Shown here piece after piece: positions 62,401-64,000 of a stretch of 64,000 nt of DNA. This DNA is from Dipteris shenzhenensis (taxonomy: Eukaryota). The notes beneath the pieces are model-generated. The model did no database searches. It was not told where the DNA came from and saw only the letters and a program-made list of their open reading frames with translations. The position numbers and the translations under genes were made by a program. The stretch is from NCBI GenBank assembly GCA_047967505.1, contig CM106538.1. One strand, 5' to 3'. How positions within the stretch are numbered: position 1 is the stretch's first letter; every line of letters begins with the position of its first letter.

Positions 62401-64000
62401 GAGATCGAAACTGCGGACATCTCCATTGCTCGAAAACTGCACCTTGAAAGACTCTTGTACTGATCAAGAATACTCAGCACATCCACTTTAAAAATTGGCA
62501 CAAGAGATGGATTTCTTTTTAGAAACCATTCCTCCTCATCATCCTCCACCACCATATTAGCCTTCAGCTGCCAAGGGTTGAACCCTTTTCGGTACATTTC
62601 TTGTTGGAACCATTGCCATCTTGAATTTCTTCTTTCCTTTTCTGATAGTCACCCTATCATCCCCCCAATCCTGCTTGATCTTGGCTACCCAAAACCATGG
62701 CCTGCCAAGCAGCATCGAATAAGATTGCTCATCTCCCTCCAATCTTAGGACCACAAAACTGACCATAAATGTCAATCCACAAACTCCAATCTGCTGATTC
62801 TACAGAATTTTTAGAGGTTGGACCCTTCTTTGGTCCGCCATCTTCACCTGAAAAGGGGCTGGTTCTAATTCATTGAGGTAGAATTTCCTATAAAGGTCTT
62901 CAGACAAGATGTTTACCCTCGACCCACCATCTAGCAGGACTTTTGGTATCATCTATGACTTATATTCCACCTGAATAAGTGGGGCAGTATAATCCACTTC
63001 CTCTATCTGTGCTACATTCATAGCTGGGTCAACTTCAAAAGACTCTCCCTCTTCCTTTTTTGCCTTATCCATTAGGCGCCCCATGTCAACTAACAACTTA
63101 GCCAACAACTGCGTTTTGAATTCCGGTACCAGATTAAGAAGCTGATCCAGTGGGATATTAATCTTCACCTTGAGCAGGATGTGAAACAATTCTTCTTGTT
63201 CCCTCGTAACCTCCTTTTCTGATTCCTTAAGCACGCCAATCCTTTGCTAAGCCTCTCTGCAAGCCCCTTTCTTTTTCAGAATGTCTACTTTCTGGATGTC
63301 GTCTGCCCTATCAGATTCCTCAGGTTGTACTATGCTCCTTTTACTGTCTTCCTTTGGTTCCAGCTCAATCACTGCTGGATTTGCACATTGAGGTTGGACC
63401 TTGTTCTCTGGTGGTTGTACTAATACACCCATTTTCCCTTGGGCATGTATAGATTGTGTGGTGTCCATCAATGCCCACTTAACCTTTTTCTCTGCATTCA
63501 CCTTATCCAAGGCCTTAAGAACCTCATGTCAAACTTTCTTTTGCTCATCCCAATCAATTGGGTGCTTACATTTATTTGCCATTGGTATTTTTTCCTCCTT
63601 TGGGATTGGTCCTTTAGACCTTCTTACAGCCAGTGCTGCTGGATCATTTTGTCCTTCTGACATGTCACTTCCTGCTAACATCCTGAGCAATCACATAAAA
63701 TAGCCAATAATGGCTCCATACCCTTCTTCTTTTGTGCTTCTGTTTGCTTCAATTTTCTCGGTCCTTCCCCTACCACATTCTGCTCGAGCTGTATTATCAT
63801 AGCATTGACCTAGGCTGGTGGTGGACGAGGTGCATTTTGTGCTTGTGATTGTGTCTAGTATTGAACAATTGGGATGCCCCTCTCATTGCGATGTTTACAC
63901 CAAAGTTCACATCTTGGACCTTGTCTGTGTCCAGCTTTTCCACAATATGTGCAATTCTATGCATCAGCACTTGTATTGGCTTGTCGAGGATTGTTTCCCC
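59470..64000 (-). mobile_element. Decayed Ty3/Gypsy (non-chromovirus, Athila/Tat-like) gag-pol running off the window
   Basis: Protease LLDGGS and MLLGRPW, RT FLDGFSGYNQI and MTFGFKNAP, RNaseH VDASD, integrase GPFQKWGLDFMGP and DYCTKWVEA, C-terminal GDLVLMFNSKL...YNGPY; order PR-RT-RH-IN. Confidence 0.92.

Overview
Repeat-rich nuclear DNA from a land plant (spliceosomal introns, plant-type genes, tRNA-iMet-primed LTR retrotransposons; a non-seed plant such as a fern is my guess only). There are two intact host genes: a 10-exon SBT2-type subtilase (7573-11982, +, with one GC-AG intron) and an intronless F-box/LRR gene of the FBL14 type (39166-40590, +). The rest is nested mobile DNA: a near-complete Ty1/Copia element (46175-51743), other LTR elements and relics, a Ty3/Gypsy element with an extra 3' ORF, LINE relics, Tourist-like MITEs and two oppositely oriented Helitrons. 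The most unusual region is about 15.6-21.6 kb. It holds a decayed, intron-containing transposase whose motifs run colinear with the RAG1/Transib catalytic core. About 340 bp downstream lies a decayed, long-tailed, CENH3-like histone H3 gene with its own promoter motifs, then a convergent unknown ORF and a BAH-like domain gene inside fold-back repeats. I infer a candidate RAG1/Transib-like plant transposon carrying chromatin-related cargo; element ends were not found, so the linkage is unproven. All family assignments come from manual translation and motif recognition, not database searches.
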